Positions 25,373-35,546 of a DNA stretch of 64,000 bases are shown piece after piece. The notes under the pieces are model-generated. The model was given only the letters and a program-made list of their open reading frames with translations, did not search any database and was not told the origin of the DNA. The stretch is taken from NCBI RefSeq assembly GCF_056746865.1, contig NZ_CM163382.1. One strand, 5' to 3'. The position numbers were made by a program, and so were the translations under genes. Each line of letters opens with the position of its first letter. Positions within the stretch are counted from its first letter, which is position 1.

Positions 25373-27775
25373 TCATTCAGACTCCAGCAACTCTATCCTG
25401 GCGAGAAGCGCTTCATATTTATCAAGTAATCGAGAGTAGTTCCTTCGTTGCATTGCAGCTTCCATTACCAACATTTCTTCATAACGAATGCCGTAACGGG
25501 AACCAGCTTCTATAGCAGGAGTGATTACCTCACCGGTTTCATCATCTATGACGGCAGGAGTGTCACCCCATTCATCATAACAGATGAAACCAAAGCGATG
25601 AGCATCAAGACCATGCCTTTCGAATGCCTCCACGTACCGTTGAGCAATGGCGCCGAAGTGCCAGCGGGCGCCATCAGCGCCTTTTTCTTTAATCCTATCC
25701 AGATACTTATACTGGACTAGCTGAACCTCTTCTGCGGCATCGAGAATGGCATCAGTCATTAGTAATGGGTCTGATTTGCAAATGGCATCTGACGTGATAG
25801 TGAACGCCGTTTGAGTGAATCCACCAGACCACGGAAACGAACTTGCCCCGCAAGGATAGGTATTTGCCGTGGCAGGACGTATTTGCTTCACAGCAAATAC
25901 GTGCGACGTCATTTCTGCTGTACCAGAACCCGTAACGCCGGGATCTCCACCAGAGACACGTAAAATCCCTGTAGGGACAGATGAGTCCGTCGATGAATAA
26001 AAGCGAATCTGCTGTGCTTCTGCAACACCAGGGTTACATAGCTTAATAGCTTTAGTTGTGAACGCATTAGTATCCGTATCAAATATCCAGTATCTGTTGT
26101 TTGAACCACCATCTATAATAACGTTCGCAAGAGATACACCAACTCGCTGTATATTAGAAATATTGTTAGCATTAGTACCAGCAGTTAACTGAATACCCCT
26201 TGTGCAATTATTTACACGCGAGTTACTAATAGTATTATTAGCAGCAAATCTAGTGCCAGCGGTATTTCCTGTCAGGAGAGTATGCGTAGTGTCCTTACTG
26301 AAGCCTGTCAATAACACCTCATTATTAGTGAACGTACCGTACTGAGCACATGATTTAAAACCGATATAAGGTGTGGTTAAATCCTCAGGAATACCATTCC
26401 ATACCATACAAAAGTTATCTGTAATTACACTATGGTTTCCTCCATTGTTAGACAAATCACCCAACTCTACAGCACTTATGGAAGTATTGAAGTGGTTATT
26501 TGTAACCTGGAACAGGTTACCAACATTGTTTTCAGAAACAACTCCGCGGCGACCAGCAATGATATGGTTACCGAAAACCACAACACCTTCGGTATCGTCA
26601 TGCGCGTACATGAAGGTGTCGAAGTTCTGATAAGAACCATTGACAATATTGATATTCTTTGTTGAGTACAGGTCGAATATTTTACCCATTCGATATGCTG
26701 GTACAGATGTTCCTCCACCAGTTACGTTAACGCCGTCAAATACACACTGACCAGCTCTGCTTAGCTTAAAGACAGTATCAAAAGAGGATTGAGTACCAGC
26801 ATCATTTGACACATCCAGGTCACGAACGATAAGTTGTCGGGCGTATTCGATTCCCCCTGTCCCTAAAAACGTAAGCGCAGTACCCTGAAGTTGCCCGGTA
26901 GCTTTTATCGTGAAATTACGTAAACCAACAGGTTTTCTTACTACAGTCGTACCCGAGTTATCAATGATAAGACCATATCCAGCAGCAAATTTTATTCCGC
27001 ATGTAGCCATGCTTACGCCAAAAACATCACTATAAAAATTAGTTACTGAGATGTCGCTTGAGCAGTTGTATATACGACGAAGCTTAATATCTAGACCAGT
27101 TTCCTTTGCTGCAGTAAAGGCATTGATCAGTGCCAAGGTATCATCAGCATCACCTCCAACAGCGCCAAAATCCTCAGGAGTGAGTGATTCCCTCATTTTA
27201 TCCTGGAACGTTCGGTATACTGCCCCATAACCATACTGAATAAACCAACCAAAACCACCAACAACCCCGGCGATTGCAGCATCGACATAATTACGCATTG
27301 AGCGATTATTTACAGCGTCCTGCTCAAGTGATGGATCTGCAAGGTTAGAAATTCTGTTTTGCTTTGCATCGTAATATTTTGCAAGCAAAGATGGTTTCAT
27401 CAATGCACGTCTGAACCACCCAAAACATTGCTGGATCAGCATCGTCAGGTAGTCAAAGGCATCTTCATGCACTTCGGGAAAAAACTTTCCCTGATTGCGA
27501 AGGTCTGTCTCCTGTACTACATCAAGCACACGATCTATCGTAATTCGCCATCCAGTAGCAAGCGGAGACGGAAGAACCACAGAACCGCCACTATAAGTGC
27601 CCGCCCCAGTTACCGTATAACCGGTATCCAGAACCAATTCTGTTACGTTCCCGTTCAGGTCAGACACCTGAACAACCAGGTCTGATTTTCTGAAAATTCG
27701 AAAAGTATACGGAAACGATGTCGTAACGCCGTTACCTGTGTATTCGTTGTGGTCAACTTCGGTTGAGACCGTCAT
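25373..27775 (-). CDS. tail fiber / tailspike with C-terminal intramolecular-chaperone (peptidase S74-like) domain
   Basis: 800 aa; central region rich in N/G/T/S repeats typical of beta-helix receptor-binding domains; C-terminal segment resembling the auto-cleaving chaperone of endosialidase-type fibers. Confidence 0.75.
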   Translation of the reverse strand: MTVSTEVDHNEYTGNGVTTSFPYTFRIFRKSDLVVQVSDLNGNVTELVLDTGYTVTGAGTYSGGSVVLPSPLATGWRITIDRVLDVVQETDLRNQGKFFPEVHEDAFDYLTMLIQQCFGWFRRALMKPSLLAKYYDAKQNRISNLADPSLEQDAVNNRSMRNYVDAAIAGVVGGFGWFIQYGYGAVYRTFQDKMRESLTPEDFGAVGGDADDTLALINAFTAAKETGLDIKLRRIYNCSSDISVTNFYSDVFGVSMATCGIKFAAGYGLIIDNSGTTVVRKPVGLRNFTIKATGQLQGTALTFLGTGGIEYARQLIVRDLDVSNDAGTQSSFDTVFKLSRAGQCVFDGVNVTGGGTSVPAYRMGKIFDLYSTKNINIVNGSYQNFDTFMYAHDDTEGVVVFGNHIIAGRRGVVSENNVGNLFQVTNNHFNTSISAVELGDLSNNGGNHSVITDNFCMVWNGIPEDLTTPYIGFKSCAQYGTFTNNEVLLTGFSKDTTHTLLTGNTAGTRFAANNTISNSRVNNCTRGIQLTAGTNANNISNIQRVGVSLANVIIDGGSNNRYWIFDTDTNAFTTKAIKLCNPGVAEAQQIRFYSSTDSSVPTGILRVSGGDPGVTGSGTAEMTSHVFAVKQIRPATANTYPCGASSFPWSGGFTQTAFTITSDAICKSDPLLMTDAILDAAEEVQLVQYKYLDRIKEKGADGARWHFGAIAQRYVEAFERHGLDAHRFGFICYDEWGDTPAVIDDETGEVITPAIEAGSRYGIRYEEMLVMEAAMQRRNYSRLLDKYEALLARIELLESE

Positions 27776-27879
27776 GTTAAATCTCCAGATAGTCGCAGCA
27801 CCCGTTGCGCCGCATATCTGGTTATTCTATTACCTGAAAAACCACATATGGATAGAAAGGCTGTAAATACGAATAGATA

Positions 27880-27894
27880 TTACCTTTCAGGTAA
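27880..27894. promoter_or_regulatory. operator-like inverted repeat TTACC-TTTCA-GGTAA upstream of the tail fiber gene
   Basis: Perfect 5-bp half-sites, 15-bp site identical to 44822-44836. Confidence 0.5.
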
Positions 27895-27956
27895 TTTGCA
27901 AAACGTGCTGGATAGCAAACAAATTATTTGCTACTGTATAAATATACAGTTATTGC

Positions 27957-28229
27957 ATGGAGAAGATTAAGATGCAGCAGTATCACTATCCACTGGAAGA
28001 CGGATTTACCGAAAGGATTCACACGCCGGGAGGCGTCAGGTCACTGGTGGAGGGATCGCACTTGATGAAATTACTCCGGGATCTCGATAAGGATGGATTT
28101 AATGTCGATGGCCCACTTGCCGAACTGACTGCACTGATTAACTACGTCACCAGCTCACAGATGTCTATGCGGGATCTGCAAACACATCTCGACTATTGTG
28201 CCGAACAATTACGAAAACAAACCCGGTAA
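27957..28229 (+). CDS. hypothetical small protein (moron candidate)
   Basis: 90 aa (85 aa from the second ATG at 27972, which has a GGAGAAG Shine-Dalgarno); opposite strand to all neighbouring late genes; followed by a hairpin at 28237-28252. Confidence 0.5.
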   Translation: MEKIKMQQYHYPLEDGFTERIHTPGGVRSLVEGSHLMKLLRDLDKDGFNVDGPLAELTALINYVTSSQMSMRDLQTHLDYCAEQLRKQTR

Positions 28230-28236
28230 ATTTAAA

Positions 28237-28252
28237 GGCCGCAAGAGCGGCC
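28237..28252. terminator. hairpin GGCCGC-aaga-GCGGCC between convergent genes, probably a bidirectional terminator
   Basis: Perfect 6-bp stem, then the GTGACATGTCAC palindrome and a T-run. Confidence 0.5.
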
Positions 28253-28261
28253 TGTGACATG

Positions 28262-28558
28262 TCACGCTCTTTTTCTGAATGATAGCCATTCGAAAAATGA
28301 TGACATTCCACCGCAGACAATAGCAAAGATGATCCCACCAAAGAAGAGAAGGCCAGCCTGCCACCACTCCCACCGCCATACATCCACAGCGCCAACCATA
28401 CCAACAATCGCTCCAACAAATGGAATATAGCTCACGATGAAAGCAATGGGGGCTGCAATTATCCAGTGCAATCCCCACCATGATTCAAGCCCAGCCATAA
28501 TTGCTGCCAACTGAAAAAGACCAACGACGATATAAACAATGAATCCTATAGCTTGCAT
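28262..28558 (-). CDS. small polytopic membrane protein, unknown function
   Basis: 98 aa with 3 hydrophobic helices and several Trp residues. Confidence 0.55.
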   Translation of the reverse strand: MQAIGFIVYIVVGLFQLAAIMAGLESWWGLHWIIAAPIAFIVSYIPFVGAIVGMVGAVDVWRWEWWQAGLLFFGGIIFAIVCGGMSSFFEWLSFRKRA

Positions 28559-28570
28559 GTAGTCACCTAT

Positions 28571-28744
28571 TTACCCAGTAAAAATCAGAGGCCTCCCCTC
28601 AATAAGGCTTGCAACAAGAACTATTCCCTGCACAACAAAGATGAACCAGCAAATAGCTTGAGTCTGAGGGTTAAGAAAATATTTGTAGCGGTCAATAAAT
28701 AACAACCCACCAGAAATTATCACACTCAAAATAATTAAAAACAC
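28571..28744 (-). CDS. small membrane protein, unknown function (below the ORF-track size cutoff)
   Basis: 57 aa from a GTG start preceded by AAGGAAG; two hydrophobic helices; lies between the 824-aa virion protein and the 98-aa membrane protein. Confidence 0.35.
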   Translation of the reverse strand: MFLIILSVIISGGLLFIDRYKYFLNPQTQAICWFIFVVQGIVLVASLIEGRPLIFTG

Positions 28745-28753
28745 AACACTTCC

Positions 28754-31228
28754 TTATTGCGGAGTGACATCCTGAGGTCGCCACCAGTATGTCTGGTTAA
28801 ACTCTTTCTTCGAACGTTGCTCCATTTTACGCAAATAGCCTGGTGAAAAATACTCCTGCATCTGGTTAAAGATCATATGATCGAGAGCCGCCTTTAAGTA
28901 CCAGAGATTCGCACCTGGCATCAAACCTTTCCCCAGCTTCACCAGATCACCACCAGTCTGCTCACTCTTCCCTTCCACAGCATTTAACGGTATGCCCTGA
29001 GCAATCTTCACTACGTCATCAACCAGACCAGCTACCGGGCCAAGCATCGACGCCAGCGCGCCGCTTCCGTACCTAGTGTGATCTGACAATAAAAAGTCAC
29101 CGTAAAGGCCAAGACCACCACCTTTCAGTAGAGCACCAAGCCAAAATTTAGCAGCATCTTCTCCTGTCATCTCGCGAGGATTACGACCAGACGCAAGGTC
29201 GTTAAGTTGCTGCGACAAAGCGCCAAGAATGGTCGTACTGGCAATAAACGTCGCAATATATGCCGCACGCCCACCAGCAGACGGCATACCCATAGCGCGT
29301 GACCAGTGACGCATAACCACCGAGATAGGGAACGATTTAAACAGGAAAACACTTCTCGTTAATTCACCTTTCCATGTTCCACGCTGAATACCAGAACCGG
29401 TTATCAGTTGCTCACGTGCTCCCGGTGTAATAACAGCCATATCAACTTCTTCAGTTACGGCACCGAGCAGTTTACGCATTGCCTCAAATTTCACGCGTTC
29501 AGGCTCACCAAGATGTTTAACTGCTGAATCAGGGATACGCATAATGCTTTCCGGTGTCAGCATCGTATTATTGCCGTTCCCCCAGTCCTCCTGTTGCGCC
29601 AGCTTCCATACGCTCCAGTCTGTGTCAGTAATCCCTTTGCTTTTCAGGATACGAAAATCAGAATCATCGAGGCTACGAAGGTCTGGTGTCCGTGACACTA
29701 CTTCTCCCAGGCTTCCCATCATGGTTACGCCATAGGCGCGCTTGTGCGCATCTGACCATGCTGTAAGCCCACTGGCACGCATTACCGCCGTTGCAGCCCA
29801 ACGAGACACAGACGGCCCCATATTATCCATCGCCCAGCGGTTAACGCTGCCAAGTAGAGATTCCATCGCCAGACCAGCGCGGCGCGCCCGCGCAAGTTCT
29901 GTACGGTTCGTTGGGTCCATAGCTTCAAGCTGGTTGCGGAATAACTGGTTCATTGGAAGGTTGGTAACCTTCGCAGACAGATACATGGTTCCAAGATCAG
30001 AGAACGATGACAGCAACGCGGATCCGAGTCTGCTGGCAACCAGCCAGTTGCGGATATTGTCAGACCATCGCGCGATGTGCGGATTCGCTACAGGCTGTGT
30101 CTTTCCGGAAATAAAATTGTACAGATTCTCTGTGTTGTTCGCCAGCCGCTCGACTTTACCGGTTTTACTCGGGTTAGCTGTTGCCGTTTCTGCCTTCACC
30201 TGATCAAGAAGAGAGCGGAAAACATGATCGGGGTTTGGGCCATATGTTTCCACCAGTGCAATATCTTTACTGATACCTTCAAGGTGACCGACCATGATTT
30301 CCCATAGAGAGCGATCGCCATAAAGTTGCTGATATTGCAGATAGGAATCTGCATCTTTGAAATGTATCTGTCGTGATGCATTACCACGGTTAGCACGTGC
30401 GCCGGAAATTCGCATTCCGGTATCAGTAAGCTTATTCAGCCCACCAGTAGCGATCGTGTTATAAGCCTCTCCAAGAAATGCAGACAACTCGGCATCGTTC
30501 ATCAGTTGTCCATCGGCTCGGGTATAATATTTGCGATCCAGCTTACCTATAACATCGCTAACCCATTTATCTTTTGATACCGCCCCAACCTTTTCCATAG
30601 AATGATGTTGAGGGATCCCCCAGTTTTCGAGATAGCCAATGTCCCCACCAGCATCATTAAACCGGCGGCGCAGCAGCTCTGTAACTTCTCTCCACGCCTT
30701 AGCACCTTTTCTTGCTTTAGCATTGCCAGTATTTTGCCCCCGCATTTCATATACCAGGTCACGTACGCCCGCTTCATCTTCAAACAGACCAAAAAAGCGA
30801 GGATCAACTGCTTCGAATGCCTCCTGCAATTGACTCAATGCATAATCACGGGTGGCTTTTGTTCTGGATTCAACAGAGAGGAAATTCGATTTACCGTCTG
30901 CATTAAAAGCAATAGTACGGTTAAGAGCGCCAAGTTTCCCATCAGCCCCTTGATAGCTATTGATAAATTTATCCAATCTCTGACGTGCGGCTATAGTGAG
31001 GGCCACACGACGTTTCTTTAATGCCGCTTCTCGCTGTAATTCTTCAGATGCCAATTGTGCTGCACGATACAACCGTTCTGATTCGGAAAGTTGTCGCCAC
31101 GACATCGGGTCATCACGAGCAATGGAGCGCATATTTCGATAAATGCGGTCTTCAATGTTCTGTATTTCTCGCGCCGTTAACGTGCGCTGCGCCGCCTGCT
31201 GGACCGCTTGTATACATTCCTGTCTCAT
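28754..31228 (-). CDS. large virion-associated protein (internal virion / ejection protein candidate)
   Basis: 824 aa; placement within the structural gene block. Confidence 0.5.
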   Translation of the reverse strand: MRQECIQAVQQAAQRTLTAREIQNIEDRIYRNMRSIARDDPMSWRQLSESERLYRAAQLASEELQREAALKKRRVALTIAARQRLDKFINSYQGADGKLGALNRTIAFNADGKSNFLSVESRTKATRDYALSQLQEAFEAVDPRFFGLFEDEAGVRDLVYEMRGQNTGNAKARKGAKAWREVTELLRRRFNDAGGDIGYLENWGIPQHHSMEKVGAVSKDKWVSDVIGKLDRKYYTRADGQLMNDAELSAFLGEAYNTIATGGLNKLTDTGMRISGARANRGNASRQIHFKDADSYLQYQQLYGDRSLWEIMVGHLEGISKDIALVETYGPNPDHVFRSLLDQVKAETATANPSKTGKVERLANNTENLYNFISGKTQPVANPHIARWSDNIRNWLVASRLGSALLSSFSDLGTMYLSAKVTNLPMNQLFRNQLEAMDPTNRTELARARRAGLAMESLLGSVNRWAMDNMGPSVSRWAATAVMRASGLTAWSDAHKRAYGVTMMGSLGEVVSRTPDLRSLDDSDFRILKSKGITDTDWSVWKLAQQEDWGNGNNTMLTPESIMRIPDSAVKHLGEPERVKFEAMRKLLGAVTEEVDMAVITPGAREQLITGSGIQRGTWKGELTRSVFLFKSFPISVVMRHWSRAMGMPSAGGRAAYIATFIASTTILGALSQQLNDLASGRNPREMTGEDAAKFWLGALLKGGGLGLYGDFLLSDHTRYGSGALASMLGPVAGLVDDVVKIAQGIPLNAVEGKSEQTGGDLVKLGKGLMPGANLWYLKAALDHMIFNQMQEYFSPGYLRKMEQRSKKEFNQTYWWRPQDVTPQ

Positions 31229-31233
31229 TTAAT

Positions 31234-33036
31234 TTAACCTCTCAAGAAACACGCCACAGCAACATCAAACAGGCTGGAATCCTGTATTGCCTGCTCACTT
31301 TCCCTGTTCGCTTCATCCAGTACTTCACGCGCACTGCGCGATTGTGGATTACCATCATCATCCAGCACGGTGATTATCATGTCAGGTGATTCAAGCAGCG
31401 AGTCTTCAGCTATGCGCAGATCAATATCTCCTGCCTGATCTGACATCATTTTTTGTTCTGCCTGTTGCAATATTTTATCAGGCTCAAAAGGAGCTACTTC
31501 GTCTGGCGTCCTGACCTCTGCTGTTTTATAGAATGAAACAGCCTGAGCATTAAGTTCACTTTCTGCCTGCTGTCTCCGAGCCAGTTCTGCTCGAGCTTCA
31601 AAAAACTGACCGCCAGGCTCGTGCGGTGCCAACGCGTTACGGGAAAATTCCAGGCGTTCTTGTGCCTGCCGGATTCGTTGATCAATATCGCGAAGTCTGG
31701 CCTGTTTATCTGATCGAGCACGAGACAAAGCTTTACCGCTACCGGTTGGCTCTTCTGCAAGAATTTGTGCACGCTGTTCAGTGAGATTTTCAATAATTCG
31801 TTGGCTATTAGCGATTTCAGACTGGTAAACCTGTCTATCTCCACGCGGCAAAAGCTGCGCGGCCTGTTCTTCAAGCAACCGATTTTCTATAGCGCGCGCC
31901 GTTACTCCATCATCTACAGATGACAGAGCCTCATTAACTGCCTGAGACAGCAGACTCTTGCGCCCAGGAATTTCACTGAAAGATGCAGACTCAACAATGC
32001 TGGCAACGTCTACAGGTCTCCCCTGGCTAACATCAGACATAGCTTTTCGCAGAGCCTGAATGTGAGAATTGCGCGAAAGCACGTTGATCGGCACGCCGGG
32101 CGCAATATCAATTTCAGCATGATGAGCGGCATTCGCCGCCAGTGCAGCATCGATATCAACTGGTGAAAAATTTGGTGCGTTTGTAGACTCGCCGCGAGAG
32201 TTAATAAATCTGCCGACACCACCAAACGCCACCCCAAGAACAGCATCAATAGCAATTGCCTGTCGATCCAACACATCATACTGGTTAGCCATTTCGCTAT
32301 AGCCACCATCACGAAGTGTTTTTGCAGTAAGCCCACGCTGTGCCATACCGAACGCAATATTTGTACCTGCGGCATAGGCAATATCTGGCGTTGCACGTAC
32401 TGCTGTTGCTGCGGCGCGTCGCACTGAACTCTCACCCGTCCGCGCAAGCTGAGCCGCCACACCTTCCGCCAGCGCACCACCAGCACGTAACCCGAGGCTC
32501 ATAGGGATCAGCGTTCCGGCACCAGCAGTAATGCCCTGCACTAATCCCGCTTCCTGCGCCGTCCTGAAATCAACACCCTGTGCTGTCAGCCGTTCAAACT
32601 CAGAAAAACCCTGTAGCGAAGTTACCGCCGCTGCACCTCCGACAGGACCACCGAGCGTTGTACCGACAACAGCCTGCCCGCCCATATCGAACAACCCATA
32701 AAGAACCTGCCCGGCGGTTCCAGTTGTCGCGGCATCAGGCGTCAGCCGCTTAACCTGCTGCTCTGCTAGTTTTCTCTGCTCGGCAATGTATGAAACTGAA
32801 GTATCATTGAGCGAGGTGTTTTCGTTAACAAACTGAGCAATCGGGGATACGATTTTATCCATCCCTGCCCATAGCAACTGATCTGGCTTTGCCACCAGCC
32901 CGGAGTACAAACCAGACAATGCCGCTCCTACAGCATTGTCGAAAAAACCAACATCGCTGTTAAAGCCAGCTGGATTTGATGCTGCTTCGTCAAGCTGCTG
33001 ATTCTGGTTTACTGGATTAAGGCCAAAGTAACTCAT
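31234..33036 (-). CDS. virion-associated protein (internal core / ejection protein candidate)
   Basis: 600 aa; Ala/Gly-rich central region; translationally coupled to its neighbours. Confidence 0.45.
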   Translation of the reverse strand: MSYFGLNPVNQNQQLDEAASNPAGFNSDVGFFDNAVGAALSGLYSGLVAKPDQLLWAGMDKIVSPIAQFVNENTSLNDTSVSYIAEQRKLAEQQVKRLTPDAATTGTAGQVLYGLFDMGGQAVVGTTLGGPVGGAAAVTSLQGFSEFERLTAQGVDFRTAQEAGLVQGITAGAGTLIPMSLGLRAGGALAEGVAAQLARTGESSVRRAAATAVRATPDIAYAAGTNIAFGMAQRGLTAKTLRDGGYSEMANQYDVLDRQAIAIDAVLGVAFGGVGRFINSRGESTNAPNFSPVDIDAALAANAAHHAEIDIAPGVPINVLSRNSHIQALRKAMSDVSQGRPVDVASIVESASFSEIPGRKSLLSQAVNEALSSVDDGVTARAIENRLLEEQAAQLLPRGDRQVYQSEIANSQRIIENLTEQRAQILAEEPTGSGKALSRARSDKQARLRDIDQRIRQAQERLEFSRNALAPHEPGGQFFEARAELARRQQAESELNAQAVSFYKTAEVRTPDEVAPFEPDKILQQAEQKMMSDQAGDIDLRIAEDSLLESPDMIITVLDDDGNPQSRSAREVLDEANRESEQAIQDSSLFDVAVACFLRG

Positions 33037-35546
33037 TGCGGAATATCTCCGGAGAATCTCTGACGCTTCTGTGTCAGATTAAGAACAACGGGAGAACCAT
33101 CATCTTTCAGCAGATAACCAGTACCAAGTTTCACCAGGTACTGACTATCGCCGTAACTTTGCAAACCATACTGACCAGGCGGTGTTTTTATCCCAGAGCC
33201 GACAACTTGTTCATTCCAAGCCTGATTAACCTGCTTATCGAATTGCTCTGCAGACATTCCCCACGGCAAAAGGACATTCCCCATTCCGTTATAGTCATGC
33301 ACGCCACCTGTAGCTACGTTAACAGCCTGTTTCCAGACATCATTGTCAATTTCGCCTGATACCACGCCTTTTTTCGCCATCACACCAGCGTAATAATCCT
33401 TTGCGATCTCGTATGCCATTGATGCCCCCTGAGCGTCACCAGCAAATGCATCCTTCACCATGTCAGAAAACTCAAGGCGAAGATCAGCATCTTTAGGCAT
33501 CGGAATACCTTTCGCATCATCAGTACCTTTACGAGCCGCCGCGCCAGCAAGAATTGTCTGCGCAGCGGTTTCAGGAGACACGGAAACATCCGGATTAAAC
33601 CAGTTTTTTTCTGCCAAAATACCACCTGGCTTATCCATCAGTATCCCGGCAACGGCAGCAGATGGAGCGTTGGCACTGATCTGCTGTAGTGCTGACATAT
33701 ACACCTGCCCACCACCAGTGCTCTGCCTGATGGTATCTAGATATGCTGCCTGTTGGGAAACGGGCGCATCACGAAAGAAAACACCGATCTGATTGGCCTC
33801 GTCTTTGGAAAAGAACGTCAGTGGAGTGCCATATGACTTAGCAAGGTCACTGACCTGAGCAGCACGCAAGGCAACGCTCTGTCCAAAGTTATCCTTATTG
33901 CTCATGTCGATAGGCTTTGTCTGTCCGGCGGCAAGAGAGAACTGTACAGGATCAGCCTGTCGCTGCTTTATCACCTGACTTGCAGCCGACACAACGTTGT
34001 CATAAAGAGCGGCTCGTGCCGCATAACCCTCCCCTGTCTCACCAGTATCCGGGCGTAATTGCTCAACATATGCTGTAATGCTGCTTGTCGGCATGTTGCG
34101 GAAAGAGCCTATATACTGTCCGGCGATTTGCGTATTTCTGAACTCGGTATATCGCAGGTTTCCTTCTCTTACTCCATAAGCTGCAATAAAATCAGCCTCA
34201 CCAGGTGGGTTAGGAAATTCAACGCCACGCATATACGCAGCTGTCGCATCGCGAACCTGGCTGTCAATCATCGTTTTATATTCAGCCTGCTGCTGCCGAC
34301 GCAGTTGATCCGCCTGTCGCATAAAACTTGCCTGCGCCTCAGGAGATGCCGCATCGAATGCTGCATTACCGGTATAGCGTTTGGTGTTGGTTGGAATTGT
34401 TGATAAACCAAGTGCTGCACTGACACCAGCAGTTAACTGCTGATCACTGTATGGCTGGCTACCGTTCTCATGATGGATAATGGCTGCACAAAGCGCCTTC
34501 AGGGTATCAGGATTAGATGCATCGAGAGGCTCATCAGCAGAAACGCCAAGTTGTTCGCACACTGCTTTGATATACGACATAGTGTCATTTTTATCAGCAG
34601 GCGGTGCCCAGCGATTAATTATCTCGCTGACGGTATCAATACCCTGCCTCTGATACGACATCAGGTTCCGCCCTAATGCACGAATCCCGTGTTCAGGTGT
34701 TTCGAATTTAGCAAATCGACCATCATCACCGGTCTGGCCTACCCACGGATTAGTTTTGCTGTATTCGAGATTTCCTGGGTTATTGTTGCGTATGCCACGG
34801 GCACGCTCGGAAGAGTCACTATCTGCTACAGCACGGCGAGCTCCAGCAGCAGTATCACTTAACTCGCCATTACTTTGGATGAATGCGGTCGCATTGTTTG
34901 CCGACCACTGGGACAATGCAGCATCAGCAACCTTCTCTTTAAACTCGATTTTCTTGGCCTGGATTTGCTCGTTGCTCCAGCCATGTGCAACACCGTACTC
35001 CTCAATTTGCTGGAAAGTTTGTTTGTTAGCCAATACGTATGCGGCGTTGTCGCCATACAATGCTGCGGCATTTTTACCATTGTTCAGCAGTGTCGCCTGA
35101 AACTGGCCTTCTTCGTAGGCATTAATTTGCCCTATCTCGTGTCGCCCGGCCTGCGTAGTGAACTGAATGCGCTGCTGCTGCGCCTGCTGCATGAAAGCAT
35201 TACGAGCCTGTTCATCCGGCAGCGACATAGCCAGTTGTTCGACCTGAGCATCAAACTGCTGCGTATACTCATGGCCTTTTCCAATAGCATTTTTCCCTTT
35301 CAGGTTAAGCAATCCTGTTTCAGGATTATTCAGCAGATCGCTGCTTATCTGACTGAGGTTAAGAGATGCCTCCTGAGCCAGAGCGATATTGGCACGCTGT
35401 TTTGCCTGCCCCAAAACATCAATTGCCTCTGTCCCTGCCCGAACAAAAGCATCACCAATACCTTGCTGAGAAAACGTCTGCAAGCCTGCTGACTGAACTC
35501 CACGACTCTCAACCTGACGTCCGGATACTGTTGGTACGACTGGCAT
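33033..35546 (-). CDS. large internal virion protein with a possible peptidoglycan-hydrolase-like segment
   Basis: About 837 aa from the ATG at 35546, which overlaps the upstream gene stop; segment GIRNNNPGNLEYS...FAKFETPEHGIRALGRNL resembles a phage virion-associated cell-wall hydrolase motif (recalled, not searched). Confidence 0.45.
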   Translation of the reverse strand: MPVVPTVSGRQVESRGVQSAGLQTFSQQGIGDAFVRAGTEAIDVLGQAKQRANIALAQEASLNLSQISSDLLNNPETGLLNLKGKNAIGKGHEYTQQFDAQVEQLAMSLPDEQARNAFMQQAQQQRIQFTTQAGRHEIGQINAYEEGQFQATLLNNGKNAAALYGDNAAYVLANKQTFQQIEEYGVAHGWSNEQIQAKKIEFKEKVADAALSQWSANNATAFIQSNGELSDTAAGARRAVADSDSSERARGIRNNNPGNLEYSKTNPWVGQTGDDGRFAKFETPEHGIRALGRNLMSYQRQGIDTVSEIINRWAPPADKNDTMSYIKAVCEQLGVSADEPLDASNPDTLKALCAAIIHHENGSQPYSDQQLTAGVSAALGLSTIPTNTKRYTGNAAFDAASPEAQASFMRQADQLRRQQQAEYKTMIDSQVRDATAAYMRGVEFPNPPGEADFIAAYGVREGNLRYTEFRNTQIAGQYIGSFRNMPTSSITAYVEQLRPDTGETGEGYAARAALYDNVVSAASQVIKQRQADPVQFSLAAGQTKPIDMSNKDNFGQSVALRAAQVSDLAKSYGTPLTFFSKDEANQIGVFFRDAPVSQQAAYLDTIRQSTGGGQVYMSALQQISANAPSAAVAGILMDKPGGILAEKNWFNPDVSVSPETAAQTILAGAAARKGTDDAKGIPMPKDADLRLEFSDMVKDAFAGDAQGASMAYEIAKDYYAGVMAKKGVVSGEIDNDVWKQAVNVATGGVHDYNGMGNVLLPWGMSAEQFDKQVNQAWNEQVVGSGIKTPPGQYGLQSYGDSQYLVKLGTGYLLKDDGSPVVLNLTQKRQRFSGDIPQ

